From: Paraspadella gotoi
Taxonomy: Eukaryota > Animalia > Chaetognatha
Assembly (NCBI GenBank): GCA_051294375.1
Contig: CM119264.1
Span: 8,678,764-8,742,763, forward strand
DNA length: 64,000 nt
Direction: 5' to 3'
This document shows, piece by piece, positions 29,501 to 43,599 of this stretch (the first letter of the stretch is position 1; every line of letters starts with the position of its first letter). Under the pieces are notes generated by a model. The model worked only from the letters and a program-made list of their open reading frames with translations, was not told where the DNA came from and ran no database searches. Position numbers and translations under genes: made by a program.

Positions 29501-30848
29501 CAGGGGATTAAGGGTTGAAACACGTAAAAAACAGATTAGTAACTCGAACAAAAGGAGGAAAAGTTGAGCGAATCGATAGAGGGGTAAGGCGGAACGATGG
29601 CGGGCCGAGCAGGTAAGGAAGAACAGGAGCTGTGGGTAGAGGGAGAAGTGGAGCGGAAGTGGCGGGGGAAGTGGGGCGACGGAGGGAAAGGGGTAAGGCG
29701 AGAAAGGTAATAGATAACAAAATAGAAAATGTGGTTTGTGTAGGATTCCTTTTCGAGGTGAGGAAAGAAAGGACGACTGAGGTAGGCACGGAAAAAAGGA
29801 TCGGCGTATAGAGGAAAGAAACGGAGGCAATGACATTATCATTAGCATTCGGTGTATCTTCCTCGAAGCGACCGGGGAAAGGAGGAGCGGAAGCGATAGC
29901 GGAAGCGATTGCGGAAGCTCCAGCGAAATTAATGGGTGAGGAGCTGATGGAAGATGAAGCGTGACTGAATTTTGTTTCGTTAAAAGAAGCGGAAAAAATT
30001 TAGAGACGAAATTTTCACTCTACCTTGGGAGGTGGAAAATGAAAATTCACGATCTTTGCCAAAATTTTTAGAGACAAAGTCCTTGGGTTTTTTTATAAGA
30101 AAATACAAAGAAGGAATCCGCAGGGGACATTTTTTTTTTTGGAGAATTTTCTCTTTTTGGTAAATTAAGTTTTAATTTTAATTTTCGAAAGTTGATAGGA
30201 AACTAAATTTTTATTGCTTACAACAAAACAAAAAAAGACAAATCACAAGGAATTTATAAAGTCATATTTTAATACGCAATAGACTTTTGCGAACAACTTT
30301 TCTTCTTTTAGATTTTCGTTAAAAATTATTATCAATTTGCGAACCGCTTATGAAAACGCCTTCCCAAAAAAGATTTTTCCCCCCATATTTTCAAGAAACC
30401 TTAAATTCGCCCCTGATCTCGAAAACGACGTCCACTGTTTACATTTTTCTCTTCGGCACGAACGAGAAACCATAATGTTTTAAAACTCTTCGTAAAAAAA
30501 TTTTATGCGATGAAAAGAAATAAAATTGAGCTGAGAATCTAGAGCAGGAAAAACGTAGAGGGACCCAAAGAAAAACGTTGAGTTAAAAAATTCGCTCAAT
30601 TTTTTACCACCTGATAGCATTTCTTTTTCTTACAGTAAAGATAGAAAATTGTTCATGGAAAAGGGGCGCTATCTCAAAAATATTACCATAATTATTCGTT
30701 CAAAAGAAAATTAGGGCGAAGAAAAAAAAAAAGGAAAAAATTTTCGTAATCACGATTTTTTTTTCTTGTGGAAAACAAAAGACAGAGGTACGCGGCGGCT
30801 TGGACGAAAGGGAGACGGTGGAGACGATGCTAATTATTCAAAGTGAGG

Positions 30849-30894
<46 letters not shown>

Positions 30895-31339
30895 AGAGAG
30901 AGAAGAGAGAGAAGAGAGAGAGAAGAGAGCGCTGAGAGATTGAGGGAGAGAGAGATACTCAGACTTGACCCCCGCGGTCGAGCGAAGTCACTGTGGAGAA
31001 GCGAAAAATGACAGAAAGAAGAAAGTCAAGGGACATCATCATAAAAGTGGGCGGGCGCTGATGGGTGCTAAAAGGGCGAAGAGATGAGAAAGCGAGAATG
31101 AAGGAAGGAAAGAAAGAGAGAAAGAAATAAAGAAAGAAAGAAAGAAAGAAAGAAAAGAAAGTAAAGAGAAAGAATAATAAAGACAAAAGGAAAGAAAGAA
31201 AGAAAGAAGAAAGAAAAAAGAAAGAAAAAATAAAGAAGAAAGAAAGAAGAAAAGAAAAAGAAAGAAAAGAAAGAAAGAAAGAAAGAAAGAAGAAAGAAGA
31301 AAGAAAAAGAAAGAAAGAAGAAAAAATAAGAAAAGAAAG

Positions 31340-33030
31340 AGAAGAAGTGGAGGATAGAAAAGTGAGATGAGAGTGAAGGAAAAAAAGGAGAAAAAGAAAA
31401 AAAGGGGTCTAGGTAAAGAAAGCGAAAGAAGAGAAGAGAAAGAGTTTCTGGCCGCCATGGATAGTCGGTTATATGCCGCGGACTAAAGGCGCCTCTCGGC
31501 TCTTGAAAAAGTTTAAAGTTCTTCCTTGAAAATCTCGCGGGATTTTTAGGGAGAAGACTTTCGCTGTTGAATCTGTGTGGAGAGAGCGAGGGAAAGACCA
31601 TCTGTGGGGCTGTGGGATCGGATGAAGGAGGAAGGAAAGAGAGAGGAAAGGATTAAAAGAAGAGAGTGAGAAGATGAAAGAAATAATAAAAGGAAAAAGA
31701 AAGAGAGGGATAAAGATGTGATACACAAAATTAGATCAAAAAGGGAAAGGAAAGGGATAAAGAAACTAAGAAAGAAAGAATGAAGGAAATAAAAAGAAAA
31801 GTGAAGAGAAAATATATAAAAATAAGAGAAAAATGTTTACAAAGTTAGCTTTCAAAAACATGAGAAAAATGAACAAACACAATATTTTTGTGCGATGAAC
31901 TCAATTTTGCGAGAGGTATAAAAAAATACTCTAAAAATCAGATCTAATAATATCTATGAATAAAAAGAATAAAACGATAATTTTTTGGAGATCGCCAGAA
32001 GAGGAGAGGAGGACCGGTTCATAAAAAATAGAACAACACGGAGGCAAGAGAGAGTGAGAGAGAGAGAGAGAGAGAGAGTGAGGAGAGAGATGAGGAGAGA
32101 GAAAGAAAGACGAGAGCGAAACCTGACTAAGAGCTTTCTTGCCTCCTTTTTTTTCGATTCATATCGTTTTTTTCCANNNNNNNNNNNNNNNNNNNNNNNN
32201 NCAAGATAGGAAAGAAAGAACAGAAAAGGAAAAAAGAAAAGAGATCAGAGATAGAAAACAAGGGAGAGATCGAGACTGAAGAAAAAAGAGGAGAAAAGAA
32301 AAAAAAGGGTCTAGGTAAAGAAAGCGAAAAAGAGAGAAGAAGTTTCTGGCCGCCATGGAAGTCGGTTATATCGGCGGACTAAAGGCGCCTCTCGGCTTCT
32401 TGAAAAGTTTAAGTTCTCTCTTGAAAATCTCGCGGGATTTTAGTGAGGAAAACTTTCGCTGTTGAATCTGTGTGGAGAGACGCAGGGAAAAGAACCATCT
32501 GTGGGGCTGTGGATCGGAATGAAGGAGAAGGGAAAGAGAGAGAAAGGATTAAAGAGAAGAGAGTGAGAAGATGAAAGAATAATAAAAGGAAAAGAAAGAG
32601 AGGATAAAGATGTGATACAAAAAAATGATCAAAAAGGGAAGAAAGGGAAAAGAAACTAAGAAAGAAGAATGAAGGAAATAAAAGAAAAGTGAAGAGAAAA
32701 TATAAAAAATAAAGAGAAAATGTTGTACAAAGTTAGCTTTCAAAAACATGAGAAAAAATGAACAAACAATTATTTTTGCGATGAAACTCAATTTGCGAGA
32801 TGATAAAAAAATACCTCTAACAAATCAGATCTAATAATATCTATGAATAAAAAGAATAAAACGATAATTTTTTTGGAGATCGCCAGAAGAGGAGGAGGAC
32901 CGGTCATAAAATTAGAAGAACACGGAGGCAAGAGAGGATGAGAGAGAAGAGAGAGAGAGAGTGAGGAGAGAGATGAGAGAGAAAGAAAGACGAGAAGCGA
33001 ACCTGACTAAATGTCTCTGCCCCTTTTTTT
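31340..33030. repeat. Direct duplication across 25-N gap: ~31340-32160 vs ~32240-33030
   Basis: gtttctggccgccatgg...ggactaaaggcgcctctcggc...acctgactaa is present on both sides of gap 32177-32201. Confidence 0.9.
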
Positions 33031-34697
33031 CTTCATCTTTTTTTTCCCACTCTCATTTATTTGGGTCGTCTACTCTCCTCTCGTCTCTTTCTCTCTCTCT
33101 CTCATCTCTCTCTCTCTCTCTTCATCCTCGCTCTCTCTCTCCTCTCGTCGCTCGTTGCTCTTCCTCTCTCTTCTCTCTCTCTTCACGCGAAGCGCCGAAC
33201 GCAACCAAGTGCTTGCAAGCACTCCCATCGTCTGTCGCGAAGGACCAAAGACATCACCCCAGAGCTAAGATGGGGATATGGGATGGAGATTACCCGATTA
33301 AGGGTAGTGGGAGGATATGGGGGGTGGGCTTTGGTGACGGTAGCGCAGGTAGATGTGCTCGTGGTGTGGTGGTAAAGAAAGAAAGAAAATTACGGTTGAC
33401 GAGCGTCGAAAAAGTAGAGGGACATTGCCGTGTTAAGGATGATGTGGAAACGGAAAAGAGGAATGCTGAGGCTGTTGTTTCGCCACTGCTGAGATAACAG
33501 TTAGTTTTAATGTGGGATTTAGAGTTAATGGGGAGCGCGTGAGATCGTGAGGAGTCGAGTTTGTGAGATCGAGATCGGAAAGTGATGAATTAGAACGAGA
33601 AGAGAGATAATTACGGTTCTGTGGTGAGAGTCAGTCTGCGGTGAAATCACGAGGAGAGGAAAGAGAGAGTGAAGAGTGAAAATGCGATGAGGAAAACATC
33701 ACGTCCAAGGTACTGGGGAGGTTGCAATCGGGAGAGGAAAGGAAGGAAAGGTCGTAACTGAAAAAGGTCAGGAATGAACGCTGCGAGAGTTGTTAGGCCA
33801 ACTTGAGCTGCGGAAAACAGAAAAAGGAGAGAGAAAAAAAAGTAGAAAGGAGACAAAGAAAAGAAGTAAAAACAGTCAATAAAAAGAGAAGAAAAAAATT
33901 GAACGAAATGTTTGAAGCTCAAACGTAGAGGTGGGAGAAAAGGAAGACAGGGAATGAGTTCTCAACAGGGTAAGGGATATTAAATCAATGGTGCAGGAAG
34001 TGAGATGAGTCTTGAGGACTGAAGAGCGAAGAATTTTAGCGATAAACCTATCGTGCGAAAAAGTAAGAGTGAGGTGAAAATGATGAGGAAATGAATTGGT
34101 AAGTCTTAAAGTCAAGAAAACCGAACCGAGAAAAAAAAAAGACCCGCGATGGGGAAAGAGCGAGGTTTTGTGAGGGTCAACTTAGAAGAAGCTTCCAGGT
34201 CGAGTAACCGAACGGTTGCCGTGGAAACGCGGTAAACATCAAGGATGGCATCATTCCAGAAGATAGGGCGGAGAGGATCGGAGTTCCATCGAGGAACCGC
34301 GACATCGGCGTCGCCATAGCAACGACCGGGTTTGAGTCCACGCCAAGAAAAAGGGTGAACAAGTACGGACGAGGTTAGATAGATGGACAATTGGACATCG
34401 GCGCCGGAGGATGCGAAAGAAAAACGTATGCATGAAAATTAAAGAAGTATGGATCAAAATTCAAAATTAATTACTAATTAATTTGTCTCTCGCAGAGGAG
34501 CTTACATGCCAGCATTAAATGCCCGTTACCACTTAAATATGCCAATAGCTTTTTAATTTTAATATTATTCGGTACTGCAGCAAAATATTTTTTTCTTTAG
34601 TTTTTAGTTTTAGTTAGTGGGTAAATAAAAACATAGAAATCACAGATTTTCGGCATAGCAGCCACTATTTTTTACATACGTATACAACATTTGCCAG

Positions 34698-34826
34698 AAT
34701 GGAGCAACCGGTTTGGACTTCGAAGACGAGGCTAAAGCTAAAGACGGGAAACATCGCGCCAATTTCTCCTCCGACGCCATCATCAATATTGATGACGAAA
34801 ATGATGCAACAACCCAAGCACCACAC

Positions 34827-34861
<35 letters not shown>

Positions 34862-34933
34862 AGAAGACGAGGGAGACGACAACGATTACTTGAGATATTC
34901 CTGCTCCAATGTCCCTCAGGATCTCATCAACGG
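34698..34933 (+). CDS. Putative internal exon encoding an acidic segment ending YLRYSCSNVPQDLING
   Basis: Acceptor atttgccag|AAT, open frame NGATGLDFEDEAKAKDGKHRANFSSDAIINIDDENDATTQAPHDDDDDGDDDDDEEDEGDDNDYLRYSCSNVPQDLING, donor GG|gtgagg (236 nt). Confidence 0.6.
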
Positions 34934-35070
34934 GTGAGGGAATGAACTCAGGCGAGGGTGAGAGCAGCCGAGGAGAGGAAGAAAAAATGGAAAGAAAAAA
35001 ATGGGAAAAAAAGAAGAAAAAGAAAGAAGGAAAGATATTACTTATNNNNNNNNNNNNNNNNNNNNNNNNN

Positions 35071-36151
35071 ATCGATCTATCGGCGTCGTTTATAGAGCTT
35101 CTGTCGTACAGTGCGCAATAATGCTTCTTTTGATCCTAACTACTTTTTATCTACCAAGTGGGTCCACAAATATACCAATATACCCAATTTTTGGCCAGCT
35201 CTAAACTGGTCAAATGGTCAAAGTTGAGTGCTTGCGAGAAAAAAATCCTCAACATCAAATAGAGAGACTGGCGAAAAAGCGCCGCTTTAGGAATTCTTAA
35301 AAACTATAAGGAATGAAAGTACGCGGATTTTTTGATGCAAGTGGCAAATATCATAAATACATTCGGGCAAAAAAAATCTCTTATTAGTCTATTGGGCAGT
35401 CATAGAAAATCAAACGTATCCTATAGGGTAAAGTCTATCTTATAATTAAGACTGGACCCACAGGTAAGCGTGCGCAGAAAAACATACCGTTTTCTTCCGT
35501 TCTTTCCTGGATATTTAGAGCTTATTGACAGCCAGCGTTATAGTTGTCAAACCACCCGAAACTGGTCATGCTATACACATTTTCATGATTCAAGAAGGAG
35601 GTTTCAAAATCTTCCTTCAATCTCCTTTCAGTGTTCATGTGTTTGTCCTGTTTTTTCCCCTTCGGAGTCCTTTTTTCTTTCGTATCATCTCTCAATTTTT
35701 TCTCGGCTTGCTGGCTTCGATCTTTCTGCGAATCATATCGTGAGTCATTTCTCTCTCTAACTTCTCTCTACTCTCTCCATCCTCGCTCTCTTAGGTCCTC
35801 TCTCTTCATCCTCTCATTTCCGGTTTTTACGTGAGACTTGCTCATCAACCCCTACCTCCTCTCTCTTCTCACTCTCTCGTCTCTCTCCTATTGTCTCCTC
35901 TCTCTCTCTCTCTCTTCTCTCTCTCTCATTTTATGGCTCCTCTTGTTTTTCTCCTCTCGCTCTCTCTTTTTTCATCATCTCTCTCTCATATTTCGGCCTC
36001 CCTTTCCTATTTTTCTTTGCTTTCTCTTTATTTTGCATTTTCTGACCTCGTTCTCGCATCTCTCTCTCTCTGCTCTTCTCCTCTCTCTCTCCTCTCTCTC
36101 GTCTCTCTCTCTACCCTATTCATTTCCTCCTTTTCCCCCCAAATCTTTTCA

Positions 36152-36186
<35 letters not shown>

Positions 36187-36620
36187 AGAGAGAGAAAAGA
36201 GACGATATGATTGAGAAAGATAAACAGAAGGGAGAAAAAAATTGAAGAGATACGGAAAAAAGGAATCGAGGGAAAAACAACAACAATGAAATGAAGGAGA
36301 AGATTTGAAACTCTTGATGAAATGGGTGACAATATAACGGGGAAAATAAAGAGAAACAAGAACGGTATGTGTTGCGCCGCAGTGACTATATTTTGACATG
36401 ACATGACTAAAAAATTTTTTTTGCCCGTGTATTTATGATATGCACTGCATCAAAATCCCGTCTTTCATCCCTTATAGTTTTTAAGAATTCCTAAAGGCGG
36501 CGCTCGCAGTCTCTTAGATTTGGGGATTTTTTCTGAGCACTCAGCTAGAGGAAAATTATATATATTTTTAACGTAAGTAGGACAGACCGATAGACAGACA
36601 TACCGACGGATAGATCGACC
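35071..36620. repeat. Fold-back (inverted) duplication starting at 25-N gap, centred on a CT/GA tract
   Basis: gcgccgctttaggaattcttaaaaactataagg (35279-35311) is the reverse complement of 36469-36503; the left arm is insertion-rich. Confidence 0.8.
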
Positions 36621-36690
36621 GAACGACCGACAGACCGAAATGTGACTTATAGAGTTGATCCGCGAGTACTCGCGGCGCAAATAAAAACCG
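36570..36690 (+). mobile_element. Possible end of a Helentron-associated (DINE-1/HINE-like) element
   Basis: (GACA/GACC)n tract followed by gtgacttatagagt, a perfect 16-bp palindrome ccgcgagtactcgcgg and an A-rich end. Similar GAC(A/G) tracts occur at 52785-52832 and 63231-63360. Confidence 0.4.
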
Positions 36691-36756
36691 CGGATTTTTT
36701 CTTTTGCGGGAAGTTCAACGATTCGGCAACCAGAAACGGTTTGACGGATTCAGGCG

Positions 36757-37380
36757 CTTTCAGTACGCCTTCAGTACACCTTCAGTATGCCTTCAGTACG
36801 GCTTCAGTACGCCTTTAGTACACCTTCAGTACGCCTTCAGTACGGNNNNNNNNNNNNNNNNNNNNNNNNNACTTTTCCTCGCTTTTTTAATGAATTCAGC
36901 CGCTGTCGATCAAGTTCTTTTGATCTCACAAGCATCCAGTTCTAATTTGTCTGTCTTTTTCTTCTCTTCTCCTCGTTCCATTTCCTTCTGCCTTTCTTCT
37001 TCCTCTTCCTCTCCTTCCTTCCACTTCCTCCTCCTGTCCTTACCTTCTTCCTTCCTTCCTTCTTTCTATGTAGCGAATTTCAAGAACTGTCTTTTTCGTA
37101 AGTCTTCATAGTAAAGCGTGTACAAAGGCGTACTAAAGGCGTACGAAGACGTTACTGAAGGCGATACTGAAGCCATCGTATTACGGCGGCCCTACTGAAA
37201 GGCTTATGAAGCGCCGTCTAAAGGTAAGGAAGGAAGGAAGGAAGGAAGGAAGGAAGAAAGGAAAGGAAAGAACGAAGGAGAGAGAAGAAAGAAGTGAGAA
37301 AATTAGAAACTGGGATGCTTGTGAGGATCAAAAGAACATTGTCGACAGCGCTGAATTCATTAAAAAAGCGAGGAAAAAAC
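36757..37380. repeat. 11-bp minisatellite (cttcagtacgc)n plus fold-back duplication around 25-N gap
   Basis: cttcagtacgc x~8 at 36757-36845 and reverse-complement-like gcgtact(g)aag copies at 37117-37200; 36871-37060 is the reverse complement of ~37225-37378. Confidence 0.8.
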
Positions 37381-37855
37381 CAGAAAAAGGAAAATAAAAT
37401 ATAAAAAAAAACAACGAAAAAGAATCCGACAACAAAGGAACAAGGCCTTGTGGATTAAAGGGACGGCGCCGATTTTAATCTTGATTAAAGGTCACCACCG
37501 CATCCAAGACAAACAAATCGCGACAAGTAAACAAAAAATCCCGTTTCCAAGGAGACCAGCGTGGCAGCGCAAAGCCAACCCCGGGGGAAGAAAACGACGA
37601 GTGGAACGTAAATCGATGCACCACACTTGGAAGGGCGCGCACGCACGGAGCGATCACGTACGCGCATTAAGGACGTACAAGTCTCGCGCGTACTTCATCG
37701 TCGGTATGGGCGTACACTATGCGGAAGTTACTTAACAAAATTGAAAGAAGGGAGAAACATTTCCCGTCGGCAAAATTTTTACGAGATTCCCTCTCCCTCT
37801 CTCTCTCCCTCTCCCTCTCTCTCTGTTTGTCTTCTCGGTCTCTCTCTCTTCTCTC

Positions 37856-37924
<69 letters not shown>

Positions 37925-38833
37925 TTTTTTCACCTCGGGCCATGGAATGTTCTCGAACAGGGAGGGTTGACTTTTCTATTTAACATACAGATTTGTCGAT
38001 TTGAATGAATAAATTTTTATGAATAAACCAAGAAAACGCATTAAACGATCCCGTAAATATCTCGTTCTAAACCCATGAAACGAAGAAGCCTCTGGGAAAA
38101 CTAGGGACGACGGGGGAAAAAAAAAGCATAAGAAAAGCTGGAAATACGTTTTTTTTTGGGGGGGGGAACGTTTTGGGGGGGGAAAACGTTTTTTGAGGGG
38201 GGAACGTTTTCCCCATTTCGAATGCAAATTTCTGGTCCGTGGAAAGTTGACTCTGGAAAAAAATGTTTCACTCGATGCATCATCGATATGTTTTTTTGAG
38301 AAATTATTAATTATTTTTTTTCTTATTGGTCTGTAATTTATACAACAGATTCATTCGAGATTTCATTTGTCTTTGCAAATCGTTGTACGTACAAAGCTTT
38401 AAAAGACGAGACTGAACTGATGACACCGTATCGGTAAATCGGTTAGAAGCGCGTATAGAGTTGGTGACGCGTTGCTGAACCGGGACGCGGGAGCGAAAAT
38501 AAAGGCGAAAAAGTCCGGCCATAAAAAATTGGGAAACAGCCGATGTACGTGTCAGCTCTCTGTCTGACTGCCGCTACTAAACCGGGCTGTCAATTTCAAG
38601 GGCTGTTATTTTGAACGGAGGGAGAAGGAGAGCAGAGATAGGAAGCGAGTAGGAGGAGAGAGAGAGAGAGAGATGAGAGGGAGAGAGAGAGAGAAAGAGA
38701 GAGAGAGAGGAGGAGAGCGAGAGAGAGGAGAGGGAAAATGGCGACAACAAAATCGATGCAGTCGAAGTTCAAAAGGGCGAAAATGGAAGAACAGAGTTGA
38801 GCAGGTGACTCCTTCTCCTCTCTCTCTTCTCTG

Positions 38834-38901
<68 letters not shown>

Positions 38902-40099
38902 CACCCTCTCAGCTCCTTTTCATTGTTGTGGTGGATTTGGATGAAAAGAAAGAATTATTGAAATTCCCAACGACGATAACGACGAAAAACGACGACGATC
39001 CTAGGGGAAGAGAAGCGTAAAGTGCACTATACCTGACAAAAAAAAAAATTGGGTCGAGTTTGAATCACATCAAGAAAACTAAAGTATGACGCAGATACGG
39101 TTGAATAAAAAGAAGATCAAGGAAACTATGATTTCTTATTCCGACGACGACAACGACGACAAAGATGACGATGCCGACGACGACGACTACATGGAACACT
39201 CCCCCTTCCGGCGATGAATAATCCATAAACCGTTTTAGTCCTCGTCGTTGACAAGGACTCTGGGAAAAAAAAAGCTTTTGTGACAAATGTTTGTGATAAA
39301 AAGTTTGTGATAAAAAGTTTTTGCCGAGCGAAAAGAGAGGGCAAGAACCCGAAAGATTCGGCCCATAGTGAAATCCCTAATATTTTTTGGGGCCTTTGAA
39401 TCGAATGTTGTAGAGCTCTACTTGTTGCTTTTTTTTTTACATTGATAATATTTTTTTCATACGTATGAAACTCACGTCTTCTCTCAAAATTTATTCATAT
39501 ATTTTGTATTTATTTAAATATATTTATCAAGATATACGTTTGTATGAACCGAGACGTTCTATTGACCCCGTGTCCGACTTTTATTTTCCAATAATAAACA
39601 TTAAAACAACATCACATCAACCTCATATTCAAAGCCAAGCGCCTTCAATTAAGCGTCGGCAAGAGGCGGCGCCCGTCGCGCCCGTGCTCGACGTCGCCCG
39701 TGATTGGCGGAGCCCGAACTGAACGATCGCGGACAAAGGAATTTTGTCGTCGGCGAATTTATCACCTCCATTTTTCACGCGAGGATGGATTCCCTCAGTC
39801 GGGCGAGACTTTTAATTGAAAATAGTCTGCGCTCTGAGTCGTTGAGTTGAAAAAGGTTTTAAAAATGTTGACATTTAATCAAATTAGAAAAAACACATCT
39901 TTGTTAATTTAATGTAACTTAAATTTAGTTTTTTTTAAGAAATAATCACGACGCTGACAACGACGAAAACGATGAAGACAGTGCTGACGTAAAGGTAATC
40001 TTTTCTTCAGCGACCCCGAAACAATTGGTCTTCAATCATTCCCGTTCATATCTGGTATTTCTGGTCGAGCAGGCAGTCTGACTATCTTGATTGCTTGCT

Positions 40100-40124
40100 T
40101 TCTTCCTTTTCTTTTCTTTTCTTT

Positions 40125-40208
<84 letters not shown>

Positions 40209-40290
40209 TTCTTTTCTTTTCTTTTCTTTTCTTTTCTTTTTTCTTTCTTTCTTTCTTTCTTTCTTTATTTTTTTTTCTTTCTTTCATTCT
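40100..40290. repeat. (CTTT)n/(CTTTT)n microsatellite
   Basis: Direct inspection. Confidence 0.9.
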
Positions 40291-41018
40291 CTTCTTTCTT
40301 GTTTCCTTCCCAAGATCGTTTCAGAACCATTTCTTCATTTTATCACCTTAACTATCTCTTCATCAACTTTTCTTCTCGCTCCCAATCTCTTTCCATTCCT
40401 CATCTTCCTGCAACCTCATATCCATCTCCTACTCCTCCTCCTCCTCATCCTCCTCTTCCTCTTCCAAAATGACAAATTCCGCCGATTGATCATTTTCTTC
40501 GACGCTCAGGGATATTTAGCGCCTCGATTCAACCGGTTTTAATAGCTCCTCGGCCACGGACGCCTGCCAGCGCCTCGCCTCTCTTTTTCTCTCTCCTTTC
40601 GCTCCTCTTTCCTCGCTCCAACGCCTCGTGGCTTTTTCCTATTTCTATTGCTCCATCATTCCTCCGCTCCTCTTTTCTTTCGTCAGCTCCATTCAAATGC
40701 CATTCCATCACCAACCATTTCCAACTTGTAATTCTCCCTCATCACCCTACCTAATTTGCATTCAGCGCCGGTTTTATATCAAGAGCCTTCGCCGGCCCAC
40801 TTGTTCCGCCCTCCTCCGACTGACGTTCCCAAGTGGCTCGTCCGCTCTGTCGTCAAAAGATCCAAATAAGATGTACACAACAAAGTCGAGACATGAATCC
40901 AAAGAATTAGCTCCTCATCGTGGGATCATCCTCAACGCTTTCATGATCTACAAACACCTCGTCAAAGACTTTCCAGTTTCCACAATTGCTTTAGCGTTCG
41001 CAGCATTTTTTGCCACAG

Positions 41019-41243
41019 TCCTCCGCTACCTCTGCTATTCATCCCTTCGTCGCCCCTGTCGCTGCCGCGCTTAATGGCGCGGGCCTCGTCGCAACTTTCG
41101 CCACCGCCCGACGCAAGCAGTCCGCCGCCTCCCGCCGCTTTCCGCCGCTTTCCGCCGCCATCGCCACAAAGAATTTGATGAAGGGAAAAAAATGGAATCG
41201 AATTCAGGGCGAAAATGGTTGCAACGTCGTCCAGGGGCCAAAG
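41019..41243 (+). CDS. Possible exon of an unidentified gene
   Basis: ttttttgccacag| ... AAG|gtcagg bounds a 225-nt open frame SSATSAIHPFVAPVAAALNGAGLVATF...GCNVVQGPK; no homology recognised. Confidence 0.25.
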
Positions 41244-41320
41244 GTCAGGTGAAAGCTCTCGTTTAGGGGTGTGTGTTTGCTCGCTCTCCTCTCTCTCTCT
41301 CTCCTCTCTCTCCTCTCTCT

Positions 41321-41366
<46 letters not shown>

Positions 41367-42160
41367 CTTTCCCGTTCGCCTGTTTTCCATTACCATGCCG
41401 GGGGGGGCATGGGATGTGTACGAGGGGCGGTGCTGCCGTGCCCACAGGGTGGGTTCGGTGACAATGACATCGAGGAAAAATAAAAAAAAAATGTTGTGAA
41501 TATAAGGAAAAAAAATAAGAGAGTGAATGAAGAAAATGGGAGAAAAGAAAATACAAGAAGTTGGCAAAAGAAGAAAGGCAAATAGAAAAGGAATAAATAA
41601 CAAGATAAAAAAGAAAAGAGAAGGTATTGCCGAGAAAATGGGAAGCGGTTCCTGTTAACCTTCATGACCTTTCACATAGTTTGAGATTCACATAGAGTTT
41701 GCTCGATTGCTCTCAAACCTGATATGTATGATTAAAAAAACATTTTAAACATACTAAATGACATTTAAAAAATAAATGTTACAGTTCACAAAGGTTTCAA
41801 GATTTTCTTGTTTATTACACTTTCTTTTAAAAACGATGGTGATAAACGGTAATCCGATTTTTACTTTCAGTCTTTCCAGAGAAATATTTATTTGAATCTA
41901 AATTTAAACAATGGAACAGAAAGTTTATTTTGTCAAAACTAAAATTTTCAAGAATTTTCTCAGTTCGTGTCCCACGTTCATCTTTGTTTCCAAACCTCCC
42001 ATCAGTCTTTCTAAAGAAATTTGCATTATTTCTTTTTTTTTATAGAAACGAGAAAAAAAGAATCATTCTCTTAATATATTCTTCACGGCATAAAAATTTG
42101 CCACCGTCTTATTCGCATCCATTTTATTTTTCGAAAAAAAGTCATTTTTCTTTAAGAAGT

Positions 42161-42292
<132 letters not shown>

Positions 42293-43599
42293 TATCCCCT
42301 TTTACATCTGAAATCATTAAAAATGCAGCCCCGACAAAAACAGAAAAGTTCACGCTTCAAGTAGAAAATGCTCTGGGAGAAAGAAGAGTGTAAGGAGTGA
42401 AATGAAGAGGGGTGCTTTAATGAGTGAAGGGGGTCTCCGATGTTCTACATTAGAAGTGTTTGCATTACAGGGAAGATGCAAGTTGTGGAACAACTGGGAA
42501 CAAAGATAGGAAGGTTAATAAGGACAGAATGTTTTTCAACGCTTATCTTCTGGCGACCTGGAGAGCAGAAAATCAACTAAAAAGTTAAAACGGTGAGATT
42601 ATGTAATTACTAAATGTTAAGCAGAGGATCGAAGACACATAGGAGAGGCAGAACGCATATAACCGGATGGACGATTAATAAGATTAATGGATTAGGAAAC
42701 AGGAGGCGATAAAGAAATTAATGACTTTGGTAAGACGTTCGTTTTTGCTTTACGACGGACGTCCAAGAAATCCGCGAAAAGCTTTTGTCTTGTCAAAGAC
42801 TTTTAAAAAAATGAAAAGCTTGGTAAAGGATTCTCGAAGAGAGAGAAAAATAGCTCTCGATTCTTACTTGGCAAATATGCAGTAAATATTACAAATAGTC
42901 GGAAATAAAGCAAAGAATTACTGGCCGATTGTTGAACCAAGACCGACAAACGATTAAACTACAAAACTACAAAAGGGGAAAAGTTTTTTATCTAATTGGC
43001 GAGAAAGTAAACAAAAATTTCAAAAAAATGCAAAAGAAAAAAAATAAAGATCAAAAAATTAATCTAATTGAAAAACGACGATGTGCCTAAACATAATTAC
43101 TACGATAGATCATATTGCGTGCAGATAAAAGGACCGACGGAATGACTCGGGCGCAATCACGATGATTATTAGCCAAAAGAATAAAAAGGAAAGTGGCAAT
43201 CTGTTTAAAACTTCTTTCAAAGGGATTAACTGAAGAGCCATAACCCTGATTGTTCTTTCTCTGGTCTTTGGAAGGTTTATTGTGATCGTGAACGCAGATA
43301 AGAAAATAGAGAGGGAGACGGGACGCAAGAGAGAGAGAGGAGAGAGGAAGAGAAGAAGAAAGAGAGGGGCAGAGAATTGAATTTGAATTTATGAAAAACA
43401 AAGTGCGAGCTTTAGGCTTTGTACTTTAAACAGCCCTAAAGCAACATTATTTATGATTTGTAAGTATGTTAATAGTTTTTTGGAGTTTTCAATGGTACAT
43501 GAACAATGATCAAGTTACTAATTCTAGGGACAGCATAGGCGCTCTGTTCTAACTCACAAATTTAGCAGACATTTTTTTGTTGGAAAGCCGATCCACCCA

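Noticed and set aside
29150-29848. 232-aa minus-strand ORF, the longest in the ORF track that is neither gapped nor microsatellite-derived
   Set aside because: It lies on a pyrimidine-rich strand that is depleted of stops; low-complexity F/L/P/S content and no recognisable motif.
35071-37380. Fold-backs as hairpin-RNA or MITE loci
   Set aside because: Each starts at a 25-N gap and one arm is insertion-riddled, consistent with a gap-filling artefact.
41235-41247. DR1-like nuclear-receptor element GGGCCAAAGGTCA
   Set aside because: A single short motif that overlaps a candidate splice donor; not distinguishable from chance without conservation or ChIP data.
42420-43000. Possible retroelement C-terminal fragment (YLLATWRA, ALDSYL)
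   Set aside because: The motifs are too short and the frames too broken to assign.
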